Assembly: GCA_024698865.1 (NCBI GenBank)
Contig: JAILQS010000015.1
Location: forward strand, 10,284 to 74,283
DNA from: Lachnospiraceae bacterium
GTDB lineage: Bacteria; Bacillota; Clostridia; Lachnospirales; Lachnospiraceae
Direction: 5' to 3'
Length of the DNA: 64,000 nt
Shown in pieces: positions 20,068 through 30,959 of the stretch; position 1 is the stretch's first letter, and every line of letters starts with the position of its first letter. Below the pieces are notes generated by a model that saw nothing but the letters and a program-made list of their open reading frames with translations, did no database searches and had not been told where the DNA came from. The translations under genes were made by a program, and so were the position numbers.

Positions 20068-22425
20068 TTATTGTTTAATCCGAATATCCGTCAGTGCCAC
20101 CTGGTCACCGGTCAACGCCACATATACCTCCTTCGCACTATCCTTCAACACGAGTGTATCCTCAATCTCAATTCCAAGGTTCTTCGTAGCCAGACTTATC
20201 TTATTCCCTTTCTTTTCAAAGAAAACACGGTATTCCATTCCTTCCTTGTTCTTTTCTTTCCATGTTTCCCATCCCGGGAAATCCTCCTTCTTTTTCATCG
20301 AGAATTTGTTATCCGAAAGTTCCTTGTCACTTGACACTTCGCCGTTTACCTTAATCAAGGCATACTCCCGGTATCCCTTTCCATTTACCCGTCCGTCCTC
20401 GGAATAAAACAGTAAAATATACGGGCAATGCCACACAAGGCTGGAAGACGGAAGGCTCATGCCGTGAAAATCCAATTGAAGTTCCTCTTCTATCCTGATT
20501 CCTTCCGTTGCAGCAGAACGTGTCCGGTCCACCTGAACGTTTTTCACGTCAGATTCCATACGGTCAATATAACTTACTTTATCTGCGATTTTCCGAATGT
20601 CTCCTTCCCCAACACTTTCGCCCGGTTGCGTCACCTTGATATCTTCCAGTTTACAATTTTCTCCCGTAAGTCCGATAAATGAAGATTTCGACTGATCCGG
20701 CAACGCCACAACTGCATCCACAACTCCCTTTGCACTCTCCATTTTAATAGACAGATGATCCTCATATCTTGCTTCTGTAATTACATACAGTAAATCATCC
20801 TCCATATCCTCTTTCTCATAAAACTCTACTTCCATATTTCTTGCCTCACTGGAGACAAAATGTCCATCAAACCAGATTTCGCCATACTCCAGATAATGAT
20901 ACGCTTCCATCGTTTTTTCATTATCGTGCCAATGTCTGTCGTAGGAGTCAAACAATAGTATTGACGGTGCTGCAAACTTACCTTCAGCTTCTCCAAACAA
21001 ATCCGCGTGAAATTCTATCTTTGTCACCCGTGTTGACATCGGTATTCCAACCGACACATGCTCCTTATATTCTTTACAAATAATTTCCTTTTCAACTTGT
21101 ACGAGTTCACACTTTTCCGTAGCACCATTTTCTTCATCCATAATTGAAATCATGCACTTTACCACATCCGGATCAAACTGCAGACCGGATTGTTTTATAA
21201 ACTCTTCTCTTACCGTCTGATATGGTAACGATGCACGAAACCGTTTTTTGTGCGTCATTGTAACATACGCATCACACACAGATATGATTCTGGCTATATC
21301 CGGAATTTCTTTACCCGAAATTCCTTCCGGATATCCCTTGCCATCATATCTCTCCCGGCTGTAACGTGCACCCACCTGCAAATACGGATATTCTGTAATG
21401 TGTGAAAGTATCTCGCTACCAATCTTTGGTTTCTGTTTCACAACCTCATACTCTTCTTCACTTAATTCTTCTTTTTTCAAAATATTATCCGGCACGCCGA
21501 TCATTCCAATATCATGAAGTAACGCAGCATAATACACTCTGTCACATTCCTCTTCACTTTTTCCAAGTCTTTTTGCAACTATTCTTGACAATTCTGCAAC
21601 CCGCTTTGCGTGACCTTCCATGTAGTCATACTTTTTTTCCACTGCTGCCATAAAGGCTGTTGCGGTCTGATCAAAGAGACGTTTTATACTTTTTTGTTCC
21701 TTTTTCAGTTCCACCATTTCGTTCTGATGTGCAGCCACAACGGTTTCATTAATATCCAGATAAGTAAATACGTACAGCAAAATAGACACCAGTACCATCG
21801 CCATATTTACAATCGATACTCCATAATTAAAAATCTGTAGAATTCCCATTGCAATCGGAACAAAAATATAAAGCACAAGTGAAGTATAAATCAATCGACT
21901 AAATGACTTCTTATACTGGCGAATTACCGTATATTGAATCAACGGTCCAAGCACAGGAATAAAATAACTAAACAAAAATCCATGTCCTCTGTGATAATGA
22001 TTCATTTCATCAAAATAATAGTACAAGCCGGTAAACTGCGAAATAATCACCAGTCCTATTTCCACCAGTGCACTAACTCCAACAAGTATCAGACGCTTTG
22101 GCAGACGCTTCACCTTACCTTCCACCCAAAGCAAATCACTCAAAAACATATTAAACCCGAAAATAATCCCCGCAGTCAGTGTATATACAAAGAAGTTACT
22201 GACACGTACCAGAATATACCCGGTTTGACTTGTATCCCCCGAGTAAATATATGCCAGCCGATCAAAAAACAAAAGAAATGTTGCAACAAATTCCATAAAA
22301 ATCAGGATTCGCTTTCTTCGCTTCTCCAGAAACCTCGTTACAAACAACAAAAGCCCAAAGGTCATGCAGGCAGCAGAAAGCGCAAGCATAATATCTAACT
22401 GATACGTTCTTATCAAATCAAACAT
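20068..22425 (-). CDS. membrane-anchored degenerate HD-GYP domain protein with tandem C-terminal domains of unknown function
   Basis: 785 aa. The first ~230 aa are polytopic. The HD-GYP core shows HAKRV, LLHDIG and RYDGKGYPEG, but three conserved His residues are substituted. A C-terminal region of ~340 aa consists of two related modules. Confidence 0.8.
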   Translation of the reverse strand: MFDLIRTYQLDIMLALSAACMTFGLLLFVTRFLEKRRKRILIFMEFVATFLLFFDRLAYIYSGDTSQTGYILVRVSNFFVYTLTAGIIFGFNMFLSDLLWVEGKVKRLPKRLILVGVSALVEIGLVIISQFTGLYYYFDEMNHYHRGHGFLFSYFIPVLGPLIQYTVIRQYKKSFSRLIYTSLVLYIFVPIAMGILQIFNYGVSIVNMAMVLVSILLYVFTYLDINETVVAAHQNEMVELKKEQKSIKRLFDQTATAFMAAVEKKYDYMEGHAKRVAELSRIVAKRLGKSEEECDRVYYAALLHDIGMIGVPDNILKKEELSEEEYEVVKQKPKIGSEILSHITEYPYLQVGARYSRERYDGKGYPEGISGKEIPDIARIISVCDAYVTMTHKKRFRASLPYQTVREEFIKQSGLQFDPDVVKCMISIMDEENGATEKCELVQVEKEIICKEYKEHVSVGIPMSTRVTKIEFHADLFGEAEGKFAAPSILLFDSYDRHWHDNEKTMEAYHYLEYGEIWFDGHFVSSEARNMEVEFYEKEDMEDDLLYVITEARYEDHLSIKMESAKGVVDAVVALPDQSKSSFIGLTGENCKLEDIKVTQPGESVGEGDIRKIADKVSYIDRMESDVKNVQVDRTRSAATEGIRIEEELQLDFHGMSLPSSSLVWHCPYILLFYSEDGRVNGKGYREYALIKVNGEVSSDKELSDNKFSMKKKEDFPGWETWKEKNKEGMEYRVFFEKKGNKISLATKNLGIEIEDTLVLKDSAKEVYVALTGDQVALTDIRIKQ

Positions 22426-22440
22426 GTGTATTTCGCCCCT

Positions 22441-25400
22441 TTACCTAAGATTTTTCACCATTTCTTCCATTCCATCCCAATCAAAGACTTTCAGCATTTT
22501 GCTCAATTCTTTCATTCGCTTTGCATCTTCTTCCAAAAGTCTGTATTGCAAAACCTGTTCGAGTATCATTTCTACTGCATCATAATCCATCTGAGGAATT
22601 ATTTCCGCAAGCGCTATATATGCCTCTTCCAGTTCCTCTTTTGGAATCATTTCAAGCGTTTGCTTGTCTTCCTCTTCTTCTCTCAGACGTTCCAGTTTCT
22701 TTTCAAAGCCAAGATAGAGTTCCAAAAATCTTCCGGTATTTTTATGAATGAATTCCTCATCCCGTCTCTTGCCTGCATCTTCAAGACTTTCTGCAAACTT
22801 TGACAATTCCCCGGCTCCTATGATACGGGCAGAACTTTTTAAGGCATGAACTTTAATTGTATAAAGGCTGATATTACCACTTTCGTAGGCATTGCTGATC
22901 ACCTTTGCATTTTCCTCTATCAAATCAAGGAACATATGCAAGGAGTAAATATAATTGGAAATGCCACCTGAATTTTTGATTCCTTCCTCTACCAAAATTC
23001 CTTCGGTATCATAGATCCACAAAAGCTGCTCCGGCAGTTCCTGTATTTCCTCCACTATATCTTCCCTCGTCGGCTGTTCCATCATTTCCTTAGGAAGATG
23101 CTTCATAATTGTCTTTTCTAAAAGTTCACTCTCCACCGGTTTGGTCAGATAACCGTCAAACCCTTTTGAAGTATAAAACTCTTCACCCATGGTCGAATTC
23201 GCTGTCAGCGCATAGACCGGAAGGTTTGGATAATTCTCTCGAATTTTAGAAAGCGTTTCGATTCCGTCCATTCCCGGCATCATATGATCAAGAAAAACAA
23301 CATGAAAGGCGGTATCTTTTATCTTTTCAAGCGCATCCTCGCCACTATTCGACGTTGTTACAAAAACTTTGGTTGCCTTTAGCAGTCCCTTGAACACATT
23401 TAAATTCATCGGATTGTCATCTACAACGAGAATGTCCGCATCCGGTGCAATAAATTGCGGTATGTAAGGCCCCTTCTTTGCACCCTCATCACGTTCTAAG
23501 AATGCACCTAACGGTGTCGCATCAATAATTTTCTGGTGCACTGAAAGAATAAACTCTGAACCTTCTTTGTAAACACTTTCGCACCAAAGTTCTCCACCCA
23601 TCATATTTGCAAATTTTTTTGAGATATCAAGTCCAAGTCCGGTTCCCTGAATTCCGCTATTTTGCTCTTCATCCAGTCGTTCATAAGCAGCAAACAGTTT
23701 GTCCATATCTTCTGCCCGGATACCCATACCTGTGTCTTTTACCAGAAAACGTAGTCCGGCGATATCATCTTTTCGTTCCTCCATCGTTACGCTTAAACAT
23801 AACCCACCGGATTGCGTGTACTTAACAGCGTTTGTCAAAAGATTTAAAAGTATCTGTTTGATTTTGCCTGCGTCACCATACAAACGCTTTGGCAAAATTT
23901 CATCAACAACGACATCAAAACTAAGCTCCTTTTCCGTACTTCTTGCACGAATCATAGAAACTACTGAACGAAGCATCTCCAAAACATCATATTCCTGTTC
24001 CACCAGATGCATTTTACCGGATTCAATTTTGGAAATATCGAGCAGGTCATTTACAAGTCCTAATAACGACTCTGAAGCATTTCGTATATCCATAGAATAA
24101 TGAATCATCGCCGTATAGTATGCTTTTGGTACATCTGCCGCACTCTCACGCATCACCATCTCATTCATACCCAGGATTGTATTAATCGGGGTACGAATTT
24201 CATGCGACATATTGGCAAGAAATCTCGACTTGGCAAGATTCGCCTGTTCTGCTTCTTCCTTTGCCTGTCTTATTTCCTCGTATTGCCTGCTGATAACAGT
24301 TGACTTCATAACTCTAAAGACAATAAATCCTGCAAATAATACCACAAACGAAAATATCATTAATCGAAAAATTAACAACTCTCTAAGTTTTGGTTTTTTT
24401 AAAACCGGATAGGTGTCATCCTGCAACACTTCTCCTGTCACTTTATCCAATATCTGAATATGGAGTATGTAATTACCGTAAGGAAGTCCGGTATAATCAA
24501 GCGACAACAGTTTACTCTTATATGCCGTAATACCGTCGTCCTTTCCCCCTTCCAGATACAAATGAATCATCGGATCCGTCATTGTATAGTCCAAGACGGA
24601 AGCAGCAATTTGAATACGACCGTCTGTCGCCGGCAACTCATATACTCCTTCTTCATTTGGAAGTATCTTTTTATCATCACAGTATACCGATCTCACTGAA
24701 GTCAAAATGCTTTCACTTTCCTCAAAAAACTCTTTTATATTAGCCTTAATGACGCCTTCACGTCCCGCTATATACAAATCTCCCACTTCATCTACCGAAC
24801 TATAGGAATTACTCGTTATTGCGTATGGAAGTCCACTCTCTACCGTATACAGTCTGTAATCCGTTACATTATCCTGAAGCATTTCGTTTACATGCAGCAT
24901 ATACACTCCATAAGAAGAGAGAACCCATGCATTTCCTGTCTCGTCCACATGGATATCATAATTGTTATTATACGGGAAAGTGGTGACCTGTTTAATCTTC
25001 CCGTTTTTCATATATTCGATTGAGTTGGAGGTTATCAGCCAATAAACGCCTCTCTTTTTATCTTCTTCGATTCTCATTACAACTTCACTGGTAAGACCTT
25101 CATCACGACCAATCCTTACGACCTTGTCTTCCTCAATCCGATAGAGTCCGTCTCCATCCGAACCGGCAAGTATCGAACCGTCGTCCAGTTCCGCAACCGT
25201 CAGCAATACACTGTTATTGATACCGTCTTCTATTCCAACGGTTCTTGTAATCTTTCCATCCTTTAGAACAACAAGACCGCCATTGGTTCCAACAAGTACC
25301 TCTCCTGCCTTGCTAAAGGAAATACAGCGAACCTGATTATCCGGCATCCCGTTTTCAGTAGTGTAAGAAACAAAACTTCCATCCTTTTTCACACAAAGCA

Positions 25401-26637
25401 GCCCCAAATCATTTGTATACGTTGCAATCCATAGATTTCCATAAGAATCCTCTTTCACACAACGCACCCTTGTATCCTCCAGATATTCCGTTAATTCATT
25501 CTTTACTGCTTTCTTTTTAGAATCAAGAATTCTTAATCCGTTATCGGTACCAATATACAAAAATCCTTTTCGATAATAAACGGCATTTGTTGTCTCTCCC
25601 GGCATTTTAGCCTCACCGGTCACATCAATATAATTATTTGTAACAAGCTTCATCACACCTTGTGTAGAAGACGCGATCCACATATTTCCCTGATAATCCG
25701 AAGTCTGCATTTCTATTCCGCTATCCATCGGAATATTTGACAGTGTATGAAATTGTGCATCCGTATCAAGATATCCGACAACGCTTGTTGAAGACACCCA
25801 CACACGATTGCAATCATAGCTCATCCAGTGAACACTATCTATCGGTGTCACAGATATACACGCAAGCTTATCTGCGCTTTCTCCGAATAAACCGTGATAA
25901 ACTTTGCCACTGTCCGTTCCCACATATATGTATCCTGTACGCTTTGGATCCACAAGTATAGTTGTCGCCTTTCCAATCCCAAGTTCATGACTGTCGTATA
26001 TTTTTGTTATTTTACAATGTTCAATAGAAAACAAAAGTCCATTTACCGTCTGGCCGTATATTTTACCATCCGCATCCGATTCCAGTTTTAGAACCCTGTC
26101 TTTATCCAACTGTTCTTCAGGAAGCGTGTGCAGTTTTAAATCCTTATCCACAAAACATACACCTGCTGTCGTTCCGATAAATATATTGCCTTCTCCATCC
26201 TCTGCAAAAACACGGATAGACGACGATGGCAGACCGTCCTTATATGTAAAATGTGTTGTCTCTCTTCCATCAATCAATACGACTCCGTTGTCATTGGTAC
26301 CAATCCAGATTCGTCCTCTGCTGTCTTCCAACATGCCTCTTGCACTCGTCAGACCATCTGTTGTATTCATTCTCTCAAATACCGACCCGTCGTAGCGGAT
26401 TACACCACTGTATCCGCCAATCCACATATGTCCGTCTTTTGCACCCATAAGAAACATCGCATCCGATGTAGGAAGCCCGTTGGATGCATCATATATTTCT
26501 GCACTGTAACCCGCTCCCGAAATCTGATTTGTTACGGCATAGCCTCCACCATATTCTGTAGCGCAAGCTTCTTTACTCCCAAGTACCGCACACAACAGAC
26601 TTATGATTATCAAAAATGTCCTTCTCCTCATATACAA
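22441..26637 (-). CDS. hybrid sensor histidine kinase (extracytoplasmic beta-propeller repeats, HisKA, HATPase, REC, Hpt)
   Basis: 1398 aa. It has a signal peptide, then ~700 aa of repeated G..W(I/V)GT / GL propeller-type units, then one TM. Motifs are H-box [13 protein letters not shown]-boxes DTGMGI and [21 protein letters not shown]...KP, and Hpt [12 protein letters not shown]. Confidence 0.9.
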   Translation of the reverse strand: MYMRRRTFLIIISLLCAVLGSKEACATEYGGGYAVTNQISGAGYSAEIYDASNGLPTSDAMFLMGAKDGHMWIGGYSGVIRYDGSVFERMNTTDGLTSARGMLEDSRGRIWIGTNDNGVVLIDGRETTHFTYKDGLPSSSIRVFAEDGEGNIFIGTTAGVCFVDKDLKLHTLPEEQLDKDRVLKLESDADGKIYGQTVNGLLFSIEHCKITKIYDSHELGIGKATTILVDPKRTGYIYVGTDSGKVYHGLFGESADKLACISVTPIDSVHWMSYDCNRVWVSSTSVVGYLDTDAQFHTLSNIPMDSGIEMQTSDYQGNMWIASSTQGVMKLVTNNYIDVTGEAKMPGETTNAVYYRKGFLYIGTDNGLRILDSKKKAVKNELTEYLEDTRVRCVKEDSYGNLWIATYTNDLGLLCVKKDGSFVSYTTENGMPDNQVRCISFSKAGEVLVGTNGGLVVLKDGKITRTVGIEDGINNSVLLTVAELDDGSILAGSDGDGLYRIEEDKVVRIGRDEGLTSEVVMRIEEDKKRGVYWLITSNSIEYMKNGKIKQVTTFPYNNNYDIHVDETGNAWVLSSYGVYMLHVNEMLQDNVTDYRLYTVESGLPYAITSNSYSSVDEVGDLYIAGREGVIKANIKEFFEESESILTSVRSVYCDDKKILPNEEGVYELPATDGRIQIAASVLDYTMTDPMIHLYLEGGKDDGITAYKSKLLSLDYTGLPYGNYILHIQILDKVTGEVLQDDTYPVLKKPKLRELLIFRLMIFSFVVLFAGFIVFRVMKSTVISRQYEEIRQAKEEAEQANLAKSRFLANMSHEIRTPINTILGMNEMVMRESAADVPKAYYTAMIHYSMDIRNASESLLGLVNDLLDISKIESGKMHLVEQEYDVLEMLRSVVSMIRARSTEKELSFDVVVDEILPKRLYGDAGKIKQILLNLLTNAVKYTQSGGLCLSVTMEERKDDIAGLRFLVKDTGMGIRAEDMDKLFAAYERLDEEQNSGIQGTGLGLDISKKFANMMGGELWCESVYKEGSEFILSVHQKIIDATPLGAFLERDEGAKKGPYIPQFIAPDADILVVDDNPMNLNVFKGLLKATKVFVTTSNSGEDALEKIKDTAFHVVFLDHMMPGMDGIETLSKIRENYPNLPVYALTANSTMGEEFYTSKGFDGYLTKPVESELLEKTIMKHLPKEMMEQPTREDIVEEIQELPEQLLWIYDTEGILVEEGIKNSGGISNYIYSLHMFLDLIEENAKVISNAYESGNISLYTIKVHALKSSARIIGAGELSKFAESLEDAGKRRDEEFIHKNTGRFLELYLGFEKKLERLREEEEDKQTLEMIPKEELEEAYIALAEIIPQMDYDAVEMILEQVLQYRLLEEDAKRMKELSKMLKVFDWDGMEEMVKNLR

Positions 26638-26659
26638 CCTCCTTCTGCAAATAATCTAC

Positions 26660-28822
26660 TTACAGAGTTTCATTGTACTTCTTCAGAATTACCTTTACCT
26701 TAGGTAAAGAATCCATAAATACCTCTACACATTTTGGATCAAACTGGCTCCCCGCTCCTTCCTGTATCATCTCAAGTGCCTTTTCAAGCGGTATGGATTT
26801 CTTATAAACACGCGGCGAGGTCAAAGCATCAAACACATCTGCAACTGCCATAATTCTTGCTGACAGCGGGATCACTTCCCCATGCAATCCTTCCGGATAG
26901 CCTTTTCCATCCCAACGTTCATGATGATAAGCTGCCATATTCCTTGCCTCCTTTAAGTAGTTGGCTCCTTCCACCGTATTAATTGCCTTTTCCATAATAT
27001 GCTTGCCGGCTGTCGTATGGCTTTTCATAATTTCATATTCTTCCTCTGTCAGTTTTCCCGGTTTATTTAATATCGTATCCGATATCTGAATCTTTCCGAT
27101 ATCATGTAACGGTGCACTTCTTACTACATCAGAGATAAATTTCGGTGTGATTTTTTCTGCGTAATATCCCTTCTTCTTTAGTCCTTTCACAATAATCTTT
27201 ACGTATGCCGCTGTTTTCTGGATATGCGCTCCGGTATCGGAATCCCGATTCTCTACCAGGTCCGCCATTGTGATAATCAGGCCGTCCTGCATTTTCACAG
27301 TTGCATCGGAAAAACGCCGGATACTGCGCATCTGCTCTGTCTGGTTAAGTGCCATATCACAAATCGCATCGTACAGTTTCTCTAATTCATCTCCCGTACG
27401 GATATTTAGTCTTCTCAAATCCTTCACTGCCGCATCCAGCTTCTTTTGTTCACTTCCCGCCAGAATAAAGCGCTCCATTTTCAGAACAATACTGTGAATC
27501 GGATAAATCAGGTATATTCGCGTCGTACGCATTCCAAAAGATATCAGCAGAATAAATATTCCAAGCATTATCAAAAACACATGTAGCAGAAATTCTCTCA
27601 TATAATTTGCAAGGTAATCAATGGAAGCATCTGCACCGGCGTAACAAACACAATTTCCCTTATCGTCAAGCACCGGATAATAGGTGGTAATAATCCAGCT
27701 CCAATTGTCCATCGATTCGATTGGTGGAATCTCTTCTCCATTCAGAAGCTGTTCAAGATAAGGTTCAAACGCCTCTTCAATCGGGACAAAATCTCCGGGC
27801 TGGAAGGCCGTAACTCCTTCTTCCTCATCCTCTTTATATTCACTTTTCTCTTCCAGATCAAAAATAAACGTAGAGCCCTGTTCTTCTACCTTAAGTATGT
27901 AAAGATATTTTACGCCGGATGCATTTTCCCGTATCCGATAGAGCATTTCCTCTGTTTCCTTATATCCCGGCGCCGCATCTCCTTTTTCTATATATTCATC
28001 TATTTTATCCGTGTCAATCACGGATGCTGCAAATTTCGCCGCATTTCTTGCTGCAATAGTTTTTCCATCCACCTCATTATCAAAATAAAGGCGTATTCCT
28101 ACCCACCCCATCATAATTACGAGTACAAACATCATACCAAGCAAAACTATCGTAATCCTTGTCCTAAGTGAGTGTAGTGCACTCCAGCCTTTTACATTCA
28201 GTTCTTCCAACTCTTTTCCGGATAAAGGCTGCTGTCTCCAACCACAGTTTCGCATTCTTGTGCGGAATTTCCATGGAACAAAATGAAAAAGCATCAATGC
28301 AATTCCAATACAAATTCCTTTATCCAAAAGATTCATCACAATATTTGCAATCCAAAATGAAATAAGGAACGGAAACCCGGTTGCCGCCGAAAATGCTGTG
28401 GCAGAATCCGCCATAAGCGCATCCTGCGGCTGTCCAAGCAATCTCCATTGTATAATCGCACTAATGCCTCCACTAAACAAACCTGCCAGTAATATAAACA
28501 TAGCTATGTGTTTTATACTTTTTGTATTCTTTTTTTCGATAAACCACACCGTCAGTAATGCAACCATTGCATTAACCGCGCAAAAATATATCGACTCGCT
28601 ATTGTATAACGCGCATACGATATTCGTTAAAACAGCCGTAAAAATACCCGGAAACGAGCCTGCTAATGCCGCAACAAAAACAGTGCCTATTGTGTCCAGA
28701 TAAATAGGCCGATCAACCTGATACATTATATAAGACAATAAAACATTAACCAGAATTCCTAATACTACAATAATTGCACAAAATACAGTGTCACGATTGG
28801 TTTGATGCGAATATTTTTTCAC
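26660..28822 (-). CDS. membrane sensor HD-GYP phosphodiesterase (canonical motifs)
   Basis: 720 aa. A polytopic N-terminus is followed by an extracytoplasmic segment and a further TM. The HD-GYP domain is intact (GAHIQKT, PLHDIGK, KSHTTAG, YHHERWDGKGYPEG, ADVFDAL). Confidence 0.88.
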   Translation of the reverse strand: MKKYSHQTNRDTVFCAIIVVLGILVNVLLSYIMYQVDRPIYLDTIGTVFVAALAGSFPGIFTAVLTNIVCALYNSESIYFCAVNAMVALLTVWFIEKKNTKSIKHIAMFILLAGLFSGGISAIIQWRLLGQPQDALMADSATAFSAATGFPFLISFWIANIVMNLLDKGICIGIALMLFHFVPWKFRTRMRNCGWRQQPLSGKELEELNVKGWSALHSLRTRITIVLLGMMFVLVIMMGWVGIRLYFDNEVDGKTIAARNAAKFAASVIDTDKIDEYIEKGDAAPGYKETEEMLYRIRENASGVKYLYILKVEEQGSTFIFDLEEKSEYKEDEEEGVTAFQPGDFVPIEEAFEPYLEQLLNGEEIPPIESMDNWSWIITTYYPVLDDKGNCVCYAGADASIDYLANYMREFLLHVFLIMLGIFILLISFGMRTTRIYLIYPIHSIVLKMERFILAGSEQKKLDAAVKDLRRLNIRTGDELEKLYDAICDMALNQTEQMRSIRRFSDATVKMQDGLIITMADLVENRDSDTGAHIQKTAAYVKIIVKGLKKKGYYAEKITPKFISDVVRSAPLHDIGKIQISDTILNKPGKLTEEEYEIMKSHTTAGKHIMEKAINTVEGANYLKEARNMAAYHHERWDGKGYPEGLHGEVIPLSARIMAVADVFDALTSPRVYKKSIPLEKALEMIQEGAGSQFDPKCVEVFMDSLPKVKVILKKYNETL

Positions 28823-28871
28823 AGTTCCACCTCCTGATCATTATGCCAATGATTGGTTCTTTATTCTTTTA

Positions 28872-29534
28872 TTAATCCTTTACTTCTATCACCATAAGCA
28901 CCCCGGAAGCGATTCGTATCGTAGCTTCCTGCGCCTCAATTTCATTACTGATACCAAGTGATACGTTACGTTCCAACGTAATATCCCTGGTGTTATACTT
29001 AAAACCTTCTAACGTTAATCCCTCTACTTTGTCATTTAACGGAATCAGTGAAACATATTCTCCGTATTGGGATGCTTTTGAAATTGTTATGTCGCAATCC
29101 GTAGCATATATCTTGTTGTATTCATCAATGAGATATCCACTTTGGGATAGCGGAAGCATCTGATACAACAAATGAATATTTGCCAACGTATGGTCCAGTC
29201 TCGTCCCGGTTCCTCCAAGAATCACAACCTTCTCCGGTTTTTGTTCCATAACATAACGGAGTGCAATATCGGTATCCGTATAGTCTTTTTTGGGATTGTA
29301 CTCCATAAAATGAATCTTGTGGTTTGCAGACATTTCTCTGTATTTAAGAACCAGCTCCGGATCGGCTGTATCAAAATCCCCCACCAATACATCAAAAGAA
29401 ATTCCGTTCGCAAAAAGGAGCTCCAACGCTCCATCTACGCACACTATATAATCCGGTTGTACACTGTCTATCTGCTCTTTTAAAAATGGCACTTTCAGCG
29501 TCCCACCGGTAATAATCATATAACAGGCACCCAT
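28872..29534 (-). CDS. thiN: thiamine diphosphokinase
   Basis: 220 aa with GDFDT, GGTGTRLDH and a C-terminal beta-sandwich. It occupies the yloS position after rpe. Confidence 0.85.
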   Translation of the reverse strand: MGACYMIITGGTLKVPFLKEQIDSVQPDYIVCVDGALELLFANGISFDVLVGDFDTADPELVLKYREMSANHKIHFMEYNPKKDYTDTDIALRYVMEQKPEKVVILGGTGTRLDHTLANIHLLYQMLPLSQSGYLIDEYNKIYATDCDITISKASQYGEYVSLIPLNDKVEGLTLEGFKYNTRDITLERNVSLGISNEIEAQEATIRIASGVLMVIEVKD

Positions 29535-29551
29535 GTCTTCTCATCCTTATC

Positions 29552-30256
29552 TTAGTCCATTTGTCTCTCTTTTTTTAGCTGAAGCCTTTGTTGCTCATAT
29601 AAGAAAGGAATCAAACGCCGGTCCAGTACATCCATCGAAAGTCCGTAGAAATAATTATAATCACCAAACTCTCCTCGTATCATACGAACCACTCTGCCAC
29701 GACAGTACATTTCCATTCCATTCAGTCGTAAACGAAATGCAACGACCTTTCCAATTTCCAGCTTGTTATCTGCACAGAATCCGATGCCATTTTCACTCAT
29801 GTCTTTAATTTTAATTTTCATCTCTTCTTCGCTGTAGGGATACACTTCCGAAAGTGAAATATTACGCTCGTCCGCTTCCTCCTGCATCTCTTCATCACTC
29901 TTGGCAGTACATAAAAAACCGACGGAATCCATCCCAAGAAATACTCGGAACGAATTTCTTCGGTTATATTTTTTGCCGGTATCTTTCACATCAAAATAAT
30001 GCACAAAGTCGCCATTCCAGACAATACCTCCTGCATGAACAACCCGGAATTCCCACATTGACATCGTATCCTTGTAAACCAGTATCAACACATCGCTTTT
30101 CTGAAAATGAAACACCCGTGGACCGGAAGCAATCTTAGTCACAAAAATACGATTGTTTTCCACACCCTCGATAGTGCTCACAAGTTTAAAGCGATAATCT
30201 GTACGTTTGACGAAAATATCAACAGATTTGCCTACTTTAATCTCGTTTACTAACAC
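29552..30256 (-). CDS. PilZ-domain c-di-GMP receptor (YcgR/MotI-like two-domain architecture)
   Basis: 234 aa with RxxxR (NRRNSFR) and DxSxxG (DMSENG) motifs and an N-terminal PilZN-like barrel. The GTG start is preceded by AAGGAGG 10 nt upstream and overlaps the rpe stop by 7 nt. Confidence 0.8.
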   Translation of the reverse strand: MLVNEIKVGKSVDIFVKRTDYRFKLVSTIEGVENNRIFVTKIASGPRVFHFQKSDVLILVYKDTMSMWEFRVVHAGGIVWNGDFVHYFDVKDTGKKYNRRNSFRVFLGMDSVGFLCTAKSDEEMQEEADERNISLSEVYPYSEEEMKIKIKDMSENGIGFCADNKLEIGKVVAFRLRLNGMEMYCRGRVVRMIRGEFGDYNYFYGLSMDVLDRRLIPFLYEQQRLQLKKERQMD

Positions 30257-30906
30257 CCATCAAAAACCTCCTTGAAATCAGCAACATTTTTTGCAATGTT
30301 GCCTCCAAATACAGATGTTCCTGCAACAAAAATATTGGCTCCTGATTCTATAACCTTCTCTATATTATATAAGTTTATACCACCATCTACCTCTATGTCT
30401 ATAGCTAATTCTGAATTTTCAATCATTTCTTTCATTTTTCTGATTTTTTCATAGGAACTCTCAATAAATGCCTGTCCACCAAATCCGGGCTCCACTGTCA
30501 TAATCAATACCATATCTACAAGTGGCAATACATCCTTTATCTCCTCCACCGGTGTCGCAGGTTTGACAGACACTCCTGCTTTTGCGCCACACGCTTTAAT
30601 TTTCTTTAATGTTGCTTCAAGATCAGAGCATGCTTCTGCATGTACGGTAACAATGTCTGCACCGGACTTCACAAACTCCTCAACATAACGAATCGGTTCT
30701 TCAATCATCAAATGAACGTCAAACGGACACTTCGTCGTTGAACGAATAGACGAAAGTACCGGCATCCCAAAAGAGATACTTGGAACAAACTTTCCGTCCA
30801 TAACATCAAAATGAACCCAGTCTGCACCTGCGTTCTCCATTTCTTTTAATTGTTCTCCAAGGCGGTTAAAATCTGCCGCCAGAATTGATGGTGCTAATTT
30901 ATACAT
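30250..30906 (-). CDS. rpe: ribulose-phosphate 3-epimerase
   Basis: Begins MYKLAPSILAADF, with HFDVMDG, HLMIE and VEPGFGGQ motifs. ATG at 30906 has GGAGG 6 nt upstream. The ORF track uses an upstream TTG at 30924. Confidence 0.95.
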   Translation of the reverse strand: MYKLAPSILAADFNRLGEQLKEMENAGADWVHFDVMDGKFVPSISFGMPVLSSIRSTTKCPFDVHLMIEEPIRYVEEFVKSGADIVTVHAEACSDLEATLKKIKACGAKAGVSVKPATPVEEIKDVLPLVDMVLIMTVEPGFGGQAFIESSYEKIRKMKEMIENSELAIDIEVDGGINLYNIEKVIESGANIFVAGTSVFGGNIAKNVADFKEVFDGC

Positions 30907-30959
30907 CTTTATCCTCCACTGCAAACAAACGACCTTGCATCAATGCGACACAAGGTTGT

